Notes: a model not told the origin generated them from the sequence alone. A DNA stretch of 63,739 nucleotides, filler included, from Octopus bimaculoides (GCF_001194135.2; 6 parts of 6 records of this genome joined end to end with filler, not necessarily neighbours in it); one strand, 5' to 3'. Positions 25,796 through 37,712 are shown, numbered from the whole stretch's first letter. Translations and numbers: made by a program.

Positions 25796-27094
25796 TATCA
25801 TTATTATTGTTGTTGTTGTCAGGACAATAGATTGTCAGAATTGGTAGACCATCAGACAAAATGCCTAGCAGTAAATTTTTTTTAGTTCAAATCCCACCAA
25901 GATTGGTTTTTGTTTTCTGAGGTTCATAAAACAAGAATCACTGTATTACTGGATCAATTGAATTAACTGGAGCATCCTTAATAATTCCTTATCCTGATTG
26001 TTTTGTCATCATAAGGCTGCCTTTGTAACCTGTTTTTGGCATTAACGTTGATTAATATCACCTATGCTTTCCAGTCAGATCTTCTGGGATAAAAGCAGAT
26101 TTTTTTCTTTTCTTTTTCAAACATAATATAAAAACATTGTGAGATGTATAAACTGTTTCAGATGACTAATTAAATAGCTTAAAGAAAGAGCTTCTATGCA
26201 GTTGCTCCGTATGCTAGAAATAGTAAACAAATATCCTAAAATCACACTGTAATATCTTTTTTTTTTAATGGAAGGACACATTGAATACTGTAGTTAGAGA
26301 TATACTAAAAGGGGGGAGGGTCACAAATGGAACACCTTTGATCATAGTTCTGTTAGAGCAGAGCTAGTCTGGATCTAACGAACAACAGCTTTAAGAAATA
26401 TATACGAAAGATACGGTTATTTGAGCTGGTAATTTGCTTAAATTACATTTAATTGAAACAAAATCAACAAGCTATAATCTTTTGCTGTACTTCAAGATAA
26501 TTGTTTCTTTGGTACATATCCACTATTACTTCTTTTCTCTTTTACAAAGAAGAAATGACTAATAAGTGAGTTAGATAAGTTTATTTGTTGTTGTCAGTGG
26601 AGAGAATGTGCCGTTGTTTAACCCCAGACTAGATCTGACCAAGCAGATCTATGAACAAAAGGCATTCCAGCCCTGATCATCCTGTATTTTTCGTGTTGCT
26701 GGAGCTGTAAGCAACAAACACTCGGTTGATTGAACTGAACATCAGGTACATATTATGTAAGAGATCTTTTACCGTAAGATTGCCTTGAAAAAAAAAACTA
26801 AATAATAAAGAGACATGTAAGACAAAATATGAAGAGAAAGAAAACAGGAAGTAGTGATGCTGAGACTAGACCCAATGTTTTCCAAAAGAACTAAGTAAAT
26901 TGAACTATCTTCAGCCTGGGTTAGAAACCGTTCTGCTTTTTCGGCTTACTGCGATTTTACCTCGTGTGAGACATCGCTTTCCCATAACATAAACACGTGT
27001 ATATCATATAATATGAAAGAGAAGATCAAATTATAAGAGTAATATTACAAAATATTCATGTTATTAGGTAACATAGCAAAATCTAAAAGACTAC

Positions 27095-27170
27095 CTCCAG
27101 AAAAAACCTTTTGCGGATGTTGTTTGGCTGAAATAACCACCGGACTATTCGACTCCACGTCGTCAGCCAT
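27095..27170 (-). CDS. DPH1: DPH1 exon 1 (MADDVESNSPVVISAKQHPQKVFSG, phase 1)
   Basis: ATG at 27170 (context aaaATGGCT); 76 nt open; donor GTAGTC; the trailing G joins exon 2 (CT) to give Ala, in frame. Assigned by phase continuity, since the N-terminus is poorly conserved. Confidence 0.75.
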
Positions 27171-27739
27171 TTTCAAATACGATGTTGCGCGTAAACATGC
27201 TAGAGTGATCTGCCCCTAGCTGGTTCCATGACAACCGACGAAATTGTTTACTCTATGTTATATTATTAATCAAAGACATTCAAGCGGATCCCATCCCGGC
27301 TTTTAATCCATACAGTGTATACAAAACAACGTTATTTAATGTAACCTTCCTTTTCCTCTTAAAGTGTTAGTGTGTGATTAAAAGTTTTCTTGTAGTTTGG
27401 GTGAGCGCATAGAAAATCTATCATTAGTTCGTGTACCTGGTGAATTAATGAAGCTTGTGCTTTCTGCTGTTGTGTAGTCGCAGGTCAGTCGTAGACAGAC
27501 AGACAGATAGATAGGTGGCTGGATGGGAATATTGATTGATAAATAAATAGACAAACTGATGAATTAATATTTTATTTGTATATCATATGGAGTTATAAAA
27601 TTATATATTCATGGTCAAATATATTTAATCAATGATAATCAAGAAGGAATTTCCTTTTTTTTAGTCGCGAAAAAAAACCCCAAGAAACGAAAAGAAAAAT
27701 CACATAAAAGAAAGAAACTAAAAATAATCTTTTCTACTC

Positions 27740-28380
27740 TAGGCACAAGGCCCGAAATTTTGGGGGAGGGGGGTCCAGTCGATTACATCGACTCCAGTAT
27801 GCAACTGGTACTCTATCGACCCCGAAAGGATGAAAGACAAAGTCGACATCGGCGGAATTTGAACTCAGAACGTAACGGCAGACGTAATACCGCTACGCAT
27901 TTCGCCCGGCGCGCTAACGTTTCTTATTTCTTTATTGCCCACAAGGGGCTAAACATAGAGGGGACAAACAAGGACAGACAAACGGATTAAGTCGATTACA
28001 TCGACTCCAGTGTGTAACTGGTACTTAATTTATTGACCTCGAAAGGATGAAAGGCAAAGTCGACCTCGGCGGAATTTGAACTCAGAACGTAACGGCAGAC
28101 GAAATACTGCTAAGCATTTCGCCTGGCGTGCTAACGTTTCTTATTTCTTATTTCTTTATTGCCCACAAGAGGCTAAACATAGAGGGGACAAACAAGGACA
28201 GACAAAGGGGTTAAGTCGATTACATCGACTCCAGTGTGTAACAGGTACTTAATTTATCGACCCCGAAAGGATGAAAGGGAAAGTCGACCTCGGCGGAATT
28301 TGAACTCAGAACGTAACGGCAGACGGAATACCGCTAAACATTTCGTCCGGCGTGCTAACGTTTCTGCCTGCTCGCCGCCT
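27740..28380 (-). mobile_element. SINE family B (Meta-domain-like) with three tandem internal units
   Basis: Repeated gtcgattacatcgactccagtg...gaaaggatgaaaggcaaagtcgacctcggcggaatttgaactcagaacgt; core similar to the recalled Meta/Sauria-SINE domain. Confidence 0.75.
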
Positions 28381-28404
28381 TAAAGAGAGACTAAAAATGT
28401 TGAC

Positions 28405-28756
28405 AGCTTCGGTATGGTAGGAAGCTTGCTTTCTAACTACATGGTTCAGGATTCAGTCCTTCTACGTGACATCTCGGGCGAGTGTGTCTCCTACTGTAGC
28501 CTCAAGTCGACCTAACCCTAGTGAATGAATTTGGTAGACGGAAACTGAAAGAAGCCCATCATGTGTGCGTGTGTGTGTGACTACCACTTGACAACTGGTG
28601 TATGTGTGTTTATATCTCCGGTTTGATGAAAGAGACCGCTAGAATAAATACTAGGCTTTAAAAATAAGCCCTGTGATCGCTTTCTTCAACAAAAACTCTT
28701 CAAGGTGGTGCCCCAGCATTGCCGCAGTCAAATGACTGAAACAAGTAAAAGAGAAA
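28405..28756 (+). mobile_element. SINE family A, diverged
   Basis: ttggtagacggaaactgaaagaagccc ... gactgaaacaagtaaaagag. Confidence 0.75.
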
Positions 28757-29720
28757 AGACCTCATGGTACGTTTTTAAAAAGTTGTACCGCTGCATAAAG
28801 TTTGGGCAGACGTAAAGAATGTGAATCGCACCCACTTTCGTTTTTTTGGGGGGGTTTTTTTGTACAGAATCCTCCATTTTCGAGTACGGAGATTCTGCAA
28901 AACAAAAAAAAACAGCATTTTAAAATTTTAATTCTCCACCCACCAAATTCTTCAATTTTTTTNNNNNNNNNNNNNNNNNNNNNNNNNNNNNNNNNNNNNN
29001 NNNNNNNNNNNNNNNNNNNNNNNNNNNNNNNNNNNNNNNNNNNNNNNNNNNNNNNNNNNNNNNNNNNNNNNNNNNNNNNNNNNNNNNNNNNNNNNNNNNN
29101 NNNNNNNNNNNNNNNNNNNNNNNNNNNNNNNNNNNNNNNNNNNNNNNNNNNNNNNNNNNNNNNNNNNNNNNNNNNNNNNNNNNNNNNNNNNNNNNNNNNN
29201 NNNNNNNNNNNNNNNNNNNNNNNNNNNNNNNNNNNNNNNNNNNNNNNNNNNNNNNNNNNNNNNNNNNNNNNNNNNNNNNNNNNNNNNNNNNNNNNNNNNN
29301 NNNNNNNNNNNNNNNNNNNNNNNNNNNNNNNNNNNNNNNNNNNNNNNNNNNNNNNNNNNNNNNNNNNNNNNNNNNNNNNNNNNNNNNNNNNNNNNNNNNN
29401 NNNNNNNNNNNNNNNNNNNNNNNNNNNNNNNNNNNNNNNNNNNNNNNNNNNNNNNNNNNNNNNNNNNNNNNNNNNNNNNNNNNNNNNNNNNNNNNNNNNN
29501 NNNNNNNNNNNNNNNNNNNNNNNNNNNNNNNNNNNNNNNNNNNNNNNNNNNNNNNNNNNNNNNNNNNNNNNNNNNNNNNNNNNNNNNNNNNNNNNNNNNN
29601 NNNNNNNNNNNNNNNNNNNNNNNNNNNNNNNNNNNNNNNNNNNNNNNNNNNNNNNNNNNNNNNNNNNNNNNNNNNNNNNNNNNNNNNNNNNNNNNNNNNN
29701 NNNNNNNNNNNNNNNNNNNN

Positions 29721-29860
29721 AAGCCTAGTACTTATTCTATCGGTCGTTTTTGCCGAACCGCTAAGTTACGGGGATGTAAATACACCAGCATCGGTTGTCA
29801 AGCGAAGTTAGGGATACAAACACAGACACACAAACATATACACACACATACATACATACA

Positions 29861-29920
<60 letters not shown>

Positions 29921-30091
29921 TATATATATGACGGGCTTCTTTCAGTTTCCGTCTACCAAATCCACTCACAAGGCTTTGGCCGGTCCGAGGCTATAGAAGA
30001 AGACACTTGCCCAAGGTGCCACGCAGTGGAACTGAACCCAGAACCATGTAGCTGGTAAGCAAGCTTCTTACCACACAGCCACTCCTGCGCC
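29721..30091 (-). mobile_element. SINE family A
   Basis: Reverse complement match to 62569-62960; 3' end lies in a gap. Confidence 0.85.
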
Positions 30092-30382
30092 TACTACATA
30101 AAACATTCGTAGCCACTTTAACATGGCTGTCCGTTCAAGCGGACTCTACTGCGATTTCTTAACTCCAAGAGAACATCTCTAACTGGTTAACGATGCACAG
30201 CTGCATGCGAGTAGAGGAGCGAACCCATACCATCTACTAATGATGGGACCAGTAGAGCCGTCCTGACCCGAAACCAGGACTGGTCTACTGGTCTCGTCGC
30301 TAGGAGAGGAGATGGTAGGGGTTCGCTCCCCTGCTCGCAATTTCATCGCATGTAACTGCGCATCGTATGACTAAAAGACTTC

Positions 30383-30790
30383 ATATTACGTTTCTAAATC
30401 TCTCAGAGAGATTTGTACAGTAGCAGCACGATAGAGGGTCTGTTGCCAACTTAATGTGGCAGTCCCAGTAAAGGGAAGAATGCTACTGCTATTTAGCCCC
30501 AGGAAACACCGTTTCCAGTTGGCTATGTGTCACAAGTGTACTGTGTCCTTATGTTTTCAAACAGAGGAGATAAGCACCTACACCTAGCAAAGCCAGCATC
30601 CAGAGACTAGTTTCAGAGTCATTGCTCTTCATCAGTCTGGAGTAGCTTGGCTTGCTAGCTGTCGATGCTTATTCACCTTTAAGAACATATAAATTTCAAG
30701 TGAAATAAATTCACTGATCTACAAAAGTAGAAATATTACATTTCTAAATCTCTCAGAGAGATTTATACAGTAGCAGCACGATAAAGTGAT
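30383..30790 (-). repeat. 350-bp direct-repeat unit carrying the hammerhead (one full unit plus the start of a second, cut by a gap)
   Basis: tttctaaatctctcagagagattt(g/a)tacagtagcagcacgata occurs at 30391 and 30741 (period 350); the second copy runs into the N gap at 30791. Confidence 0.75.
30599..30641 (-). ncRNA. Type I hammerhead ribozyme (palindromic short helix III, dimer-type)
   Basis: Minus strand reads UCCAGA-CUGAUGA-AGAG caauga CUCU-GAAA-C ua G-UC-UCUGGA: complete core, 6-bp helix I, 4-bp helix II, ACUAGU palindrome, GUC cleavage triplet. Confidence 0.85.
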
Positions 30791-30890
30791 NNNNNNNNNN
30801 NNNNNNNNNNNNNNNNNNNNNNNNNNNNNNNNNNNNNNNNNNNNNNNNNNNNNNNNNNNNNNNNNNNNNNNNNNNNNNNNNNNNNNNNNN

Positions 30891-30947
<57 letters not shown>

Positions 30948-31584
30948 AAGGAGAGAGGAAGTCATGCAGATAAACACAATTATGCTTTACATAGAGATAT
31001 TACCATAAGTCCATAGCCAACTTTCTCTTGATGTAGGATACAGGGCTTGTGGTAATATCTCTGTGTGACTGTTTACTGGTTGCATACCCAAGACCTTTAC
31101 CACTACGGCACTAATTTTATTCAAGGGAAAAGATCCCATTACGCCGTTAGAACATGTTGTTTACATTCCACGGCAGTAATTGCTTTCACCTGAATAGACA
31201 TCAGTGATTGGTTGAAATTACCGAAATACGACAATTTTTTTACATGAAATAACTTCGAATACAAAATTTTTTATCTGTTCTATTACACAAAATATACAAG
31301 TATACGAAGTTTGAAAGTGTTTCGGTACCAAAAACACTACATAAATGAAACATAAATGAAAAGTGTTGCCCGTCAAATCAGAAAGATTCGTAAGAGATGC
31401 TAATAGTCGAACTGAAATCAGGCTGCATATAATGACTGCACAACACTCGGGATAAATTAACAAGATTTATTTCACTGCACGAGTAATTTTCATGTCGATG
31501 ATGAATTAGAAATTACAACAATAAAGTCAGCACAATGGAATGAATAATTCAGTAGCTTTGACAAAGAGTTGATTTAAAAGGCTC

Positions 31585-31912
31585 TGTGATGAAGTTTGTC
31601 AAGACAGGAGAAAAAACACACACTGGATTCATACTGACCACCAATAACGACATATCAAGGTTAGGTTAGAGATGTGATAACGGCTATTAAAACAACAAGA
31701 GAATATGTGGAGCTGAGCTGCGGATTGCCACATACTAAAGACTGGCGCTCAAAAAACGTGCCTATTTATAGGACTTGTTAGGAAAATATTTTGGAAGCTC
31801 TTAGAATGATCCAGCACGTGATAACTAACTGCTGATTGATCTATAAGTCGGTCGCTCATATGAACAAACTGTTGCATGCCGTGATTTTAACTCAGTTTCG
31901 AGTCTTGCTACA
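31585..31912 (-). mobile_element. Probable solo LTR
   Basis: Minus strand TGTAGCAAG...TATAAATAG...CATCACA; TSD not evident. Confidence 0.45.
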
Positions 31913-33119
31913 CTTCGATTCCTATATAGGACGGTGTACTGTGTCTTTGGACTAGGCATTTCATTTCGGGTTCTATCAATCTAGTCACCTGCAATTAGTG
32001 CCAGCTGAGTGTTTGCGCCACCCTCTCCGCTTTCATCTGTTACATCCTAGATCTAAGATGCAACAGCTGTTCTATTATGTCAAGGCCGGAAGGACTACTT
32101 AGACAACAAAGCATAGTAAACGCTAACAAATCATACGCGTTTATGAGCGACAGTTGTTGGCGGTTGCTTTTAGAAATGTGATGTACTGAACCTGTTAAAA
32201 AGGAAGAAAATAAAAAAAGGAATTTCACGGATGGAAAATCTTTGATCATAGATCTGCTAGCTAAACAACTGCAATAATACTGCGATTATCATCACTAATA
32301 ATAGGGGTAGACTCGATGGTGGGGGCTAAGGGCACGTGCCCTCACCCTCAAGAAAAGAAGTGCGCCCTTCAAAATAATGTTATGACGCCGTTTTCTCCTG
32401 GAATTGTATTCCCTTCTGACCTTGTGCCCCACCTTCGAAAAATTCCCGAGAACAACCAACAGCAATAACACTATCATACTATCAACTATAGCACTAGTGT
32501 AACAAGCAGTCACTATGATGCAATGACAACGGATTGACTCTGATCTTGTGGTGTCAGCTATTAACCGCAATGGCAGAAAAAGATAAACAGTATTTAAAAT
32601 CCTAATTCTTATTTCTTGTCTTCCGGTTAAAATGGGAGGTATTTTTAGGGTGCTGTTAATAGTTATTTGAGTGCTCAACTGAAATATAGCATAATGTTTT
32701 TGCTGAGTAACCCCACCGTTCATTTCTAACCGAGCAAGTCTATGGCACGTGGTCGTCAGCCAAATGACTGGGCACAGTTCACAAATATCCAGTGTACATG
32801 CCGAACTGCGCACTAGACGTACCAAGGAGGGGGATGGGGAGGGCAACACAATTTCTTTGTATTAACATATCATTAATAAAAATGTACACTTTAATAATGT
32901 ATAGCAGCTATTAAAGTTGCCTTAAAATTTAAATTTATCATCAGTAAACTTGTATTGTGTGTTAATATTGTGTAATATATTGTTAATACAGTAATATTGT
33001 GTGTTACTGGATAAGATAGTGTGTCGATGATATTCAGAAAGTTGATTATTTTTTAGGTTGGTCTATACTCCATTTGGCTTTATTCATATAAATTTACGAT
33101 AATACAAATATAATTTGAG

Positions 33120-33960
33120 ATGAAGCGAATTAAGGACAGCGATGCAACATTTCGAGAAATAAAAAACGAGAGAAAAAGAAAGGCGAAATGAAGGTGCCAT
33201 AATTAAATTTCTCATCAGACCCGACCGTCCAGACGATACTGGTATTACAGTAGAAGGTTATGGAGATGACGTTGTTAATGAAGTGCAACTTGAAAAGAAG
33301 ATAGAAGATGAAGTTGATGATGCTGATCCACCACTAACTACTGAAGAACAAAACTCTTATATTAATTTGAAAGACATTGGAATGTGGCCTGCTAAGTTTA
33401 ATCACGGTGACGGTATTCAGGAAATCCTTGTACAACAAGGATCGAAGGTTGTGCAAAATATTGACTGTGAATTCAAAGAAGTTGTACGTCCAGGACAAAT
33501 AACAAAACTGAAAGGGGAGACTAGAAGACTCTCAAGAAATTGATTTTTTTCGAACTTTACAAAACGGGGGAAAAATCTTGAGAACTTGGATAATATACTC
33601 TCCATCGAAAGAAGCCGTGTTTTGTTTTTCTTGCAAGCTATTTTCAAGTGAAAACTCGAAGTTTTGCTCAGTTGACGGTTTCAAATCTTGGTGTAAGTGG
33701 AATCCTAAGATACAAGAACATGAATCTAGACCTGTGCATGAGAATGCGTTCACGCAGTGGAAAGAGCTAGAAATTCGCCTTTTCAAAGGCAAGGTAATAG
33801 ACAAAGAACAACAAACTCTTGTTGAAAATGAAACAAAGAAATGGAAGCAAATCCTGACTAGATTCTTGAACATAATTATGTTTCTTGCTAAGCAAAACCT
33901 AGCTTTATGAGGCCGTAGAGAAGATATTCGAGTCGAGAAGGTAAGTGAAAATAAAGGAAA
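33120..33960 (+). pseudogene. Decayed hAT transposase N-terminus (ZMYM1-like/Tip100-like, TTF zinc finger)
   Basis: RTWIIYSPSKEAVFCFSCKLF...GFKSW...IQEHES..H...WKELE and FLAKQNLAL*G motifs; broken by stops and frameshifts. Confidence 0.8.
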
Positions 33961-34364
33961 TTTTTGGGAGGACGGCCACACAAATACACACATTTTGTTT
34001 CTTATGTGAACAATTAGAAAAATGGGTTCATCTCATATTCATGACATCTACTAACTAAAGCAAACAATTTGAGCAGATCCATCTTTCTTTGTGCATATTT
34101 TTGACTTCGTAAACTTTTCGTCTATTGCATTTGTAGTTTTGCAATTGTAACGAAAAGTTTAGCCAGAATTCGAAACCCGAACTCTTGGTTCACTGTCTGC
34201 AAATCTCAGCACATTTACAAGCTTGTGTTTTTGTTGATTTTTTTATGTTCTAACCCAGGATAAAAATGCATTTATTTGGTTTAAATTGACTAATCAGAAC
34301 TGTTCTCTTGATCCTACAAGTCATGATTCAGCTTTTTAATGACTGTTATAAAAATAGAAACGAT

Positions 34365-34716
34365 TGTAGCGTGACACATGAAGCCAGCGCCATTTTGTGC
34401 GAGATCTCGCCGGCAGCCATTACCATGTCCAAGGCAAAAGCGAGATCTCGCCTACAACCATGTTTGCCATGCGCGAGACCACAGCCGCCTACAACTATGT
34501 TTGCCATGCGCGAGACCACGGCGAGGCTCTCGTAGGCAACATCTATTTAAGGAGGCGTATTAAGGTGATTCTCTCTTGCGTTCGCGCTCACGCTGAGCAA
34601 CACTGCAACCTGGCAGCTCACAGCAGATTCTTATCCTGCTCTAACTTCACCCATTATCTCCAGAGGTAATGTACCTCACGTGAACGGATCTATAACGAAC
34701 TACGCGCTGCCATACA
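34365..34716 (+). mobile_element. LTR (TG...CA) followed by a PBS-like sequence
   Basis: Starts TGTAGC, ends ATACA; TATA-like CTATTTAAG; 38-bp internal direct repeat; TGGTCGCCCG 2 nt downstream. Confidence 0.6.
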
Positions 34717-34778
34717 GATGGTCGCCCGGAGCGAACCCCATGAATGAGAATTTAGGAAAGTGGTTATCCACCATTAGG

Positions 34779-35121
34779 TGTACACCTGCTTTCCTATATT
34801 AAATTCGGAATAAACGGAACGCAGAACTCTGAACTATCAACACAACAATATTTATTCATGGAGGAAAATAGGCAGCTTTAATCTTGGTTGCTGAGACGCC
34901 TTCTGTGAGAGAGCATGGTTGCTGAGACGTTGGAATGTTGATGTGAGCTGTCCCCAGAGTTGGAATGATGGAGAGACAGCTTGACACGTCCATGGTCATA
35001 GCCGGCCGGCCGAGAAAGAGAATGAAAAAAGCGGGAACGCTAAGATGTTGAACTCCACGCATGCGTGGACAAAAACGCAGCAATGGCGACTGTACCTTTG
35101 GCGCCATATGACGTCACTACA
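34779..35121 (-). mobile_element. Probable solo LTR
   Basis: Minus strand TGTAGTGACG...AATAAA...TGTACA; no clear TSD. Confidence 0.5.
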
Positions 35122-37665
35122 AGAACTAAGTAAACAACCATTGAATTGCATCCGCTTGTAAGCTTCTTCTTTCGAGTTCCAGATCCTAAGACTACAGAAA
35201 ATAATTGTAATTGGAGAAGGAGATACTCCGCAGGTATCATGAACCTTCGAGTCCCATTTTAAGTTCATTGGTTAATTGGTTCTTGGCATTCGTGAGAAAT
35301 ATAATCAGCGAAGACAACACATCAGTAGTGGCTGGTACTATTGCCGTCGTCACAAAACGGCAACGGCAGCGACCACATCACCAATTCCATCTCAATTACT
35401 TGTCATGCAATTGCCATCACTAGTTTGCCTTAACTGTTTAGCATTTAAACCGGCCATATCCAGCCCAGATATTCTAACGGCTTTTATGTTAAAACTGATT
35501 AGATTTGGCGTCACATACCTACCCAACAGTGCCATTCTAAAAATATACAATCGCATCATCGAAATATCGATGATAATGCATGATTAATTCAAATCAGTGG
35601 ACAAAATTATTTGAATACTAAAGGGTTAAGCTGGTGTATACGCATACACTGCCAAAAATTCGACCAAGTGTTCACAAACACACACAACTAATATTACATA
35701 CATACAAACATACACTGTAGCCCTTCATTTACCAGAAATATATTTTACTGTTCAACACTTAATCTTTCTAACCTCCAATAATGGTGTGCAAATAATACAT
35801 TAAGTTTCCCCCTCGACGACGCTAGTTATGCCTGGTCCCCAATCTCTGTACTTCAGACAATAATAAGTTATAAAATACATAAAACAGCTCACTATACATA
35901 ATAAGTTGTACTCGGATTAACCTACAGACTCCCGACTCAACGAAACAAAAATACTAAAAGATGACAGATCACGTGGATATGCAAAGGACTCAGTTTGTGG
36001 CTGCAGAAATCTTCAAATCTCATAGTTCCTGTAACTACATGGAAAATTAACTCCTAACAACCGGACCAAGAATACGGTTACAACAGTGTCCTAAATGCAC
36101 CGCCATTCCAACTCAACCCAGACAAGCATAAGGAGTACATACTCATGGAAATGCTTACATCATTAATAGTCTCACTTGTCCCAAAAACTGCACCTGGGAC
36201 AGTTGTGTCGTTGGGTGGAGGAGGAGCCGTGGAGTGGTCCGTCCAGAGCAACAGTTTTATGAGGGCAGCTCTTTTGAGTTTACTGTATAATTGACGGGGG
36301 ACGGAGAGCAGCAAAGTCATGGGCTGTCCTGGGGCAGAACATACTGGGATGCACACCACTAAATGTATAAGGACAGTAACTATTGCGCTCTTATCGGACA
36401 CAACTCATCCTTCACTTATTGGTCACCATCCAGACCCTGTAGAAGCACAGAAATAACTAGAGAATGGAGAGAGAGTGAAATATGTTCAGACTGTCTCTCT
36501 GTACCTCATACGATTCATAACTGCCTATCAGTATATTCATTATGATCCTCAGTTTGGCGAAAACATAGTATAACTGGAAAAATAGACTTGTGGAATGCAC
36601 CTAGTTGTCTGGTCGCCTAGTTGTTTGGCCTCATAGGATTGCTCGATCAGTGTTCAACTTAAGTCTTGCTATCAGCATCACGTAGTATCTTTAACCCCGT
36701 CATATCATACCATTGCAATCGCCGCCATCATCGCAGCCCTTCTACTCTGGCACATTACCACCACCACCACCACAACCACTACTGACAGCAACATCAGCTG
36801 ATACTGTTTTCACCATCATACTAGCTAAAACTGTCAACATCATCACCACTACCATCACCATCAATATAACCAGTTAAAACTGAAATACCAACATCCCGCC
36901 ACCGCTAACGCCACCAATACAATATACACCCTACCACCACCACCACCACCACCACAACAACAACAACAACAATGACTATCACCACCAAAATCTACCACCA
37001 CATAATCATCATCGTTATCATAATCATCATCGTTAATGACAAACAATATACCATTGCAAAAGAACCTCGTCGACTTTGCATGTCATGTCGTAAAACGATC
37101 TAGGGTTAATTTATTTAAATTAGTCAATTACGTTGTTGTTTGTCTTATCTTTTCGCCGATGTTTATGTGTTTATTAATTTGTGTGTGTGTGTGTGTGTGT
37201 TGTTTATTTTTAGGTCAACTCCAATTGAGCAGACGACCTACGATCAAAAGCATTCTATCTGTGGTAATGCTGTCTGTTTTTATCAGGCCAATATATAGAT
37301 TAACCATAATACATAAAATGCCTTCCCTTAAAATGGTGGGTGTGATTTGAAGGAGATTTGGTTGCTATTTCTTGCACGGCAAGTGACCTACGAGAGATGC
37401 ATTCTGTACGATGGAAGAAGGAAAGAGGGAGGGAGAGAGATGTTAATTTTTAAAGAATACAGCATATCATGTCTTGTATGGTATGTGTATATATTAAGCT
37501 TATAATTCCAGTTATTATTTTTTGAAACATCCCACTGTGACAGTATACTGGAGTTATCAGAACATCGAACAGCAAACTCTGTGTGTGTGTGTGTGTGTGT
37601 GTGATATAAATACATACATAGACATATATACACAATCGCGCATCATACGTATGTCTATGTGAATG

Positions 37666-37712
<47 letters not shown>

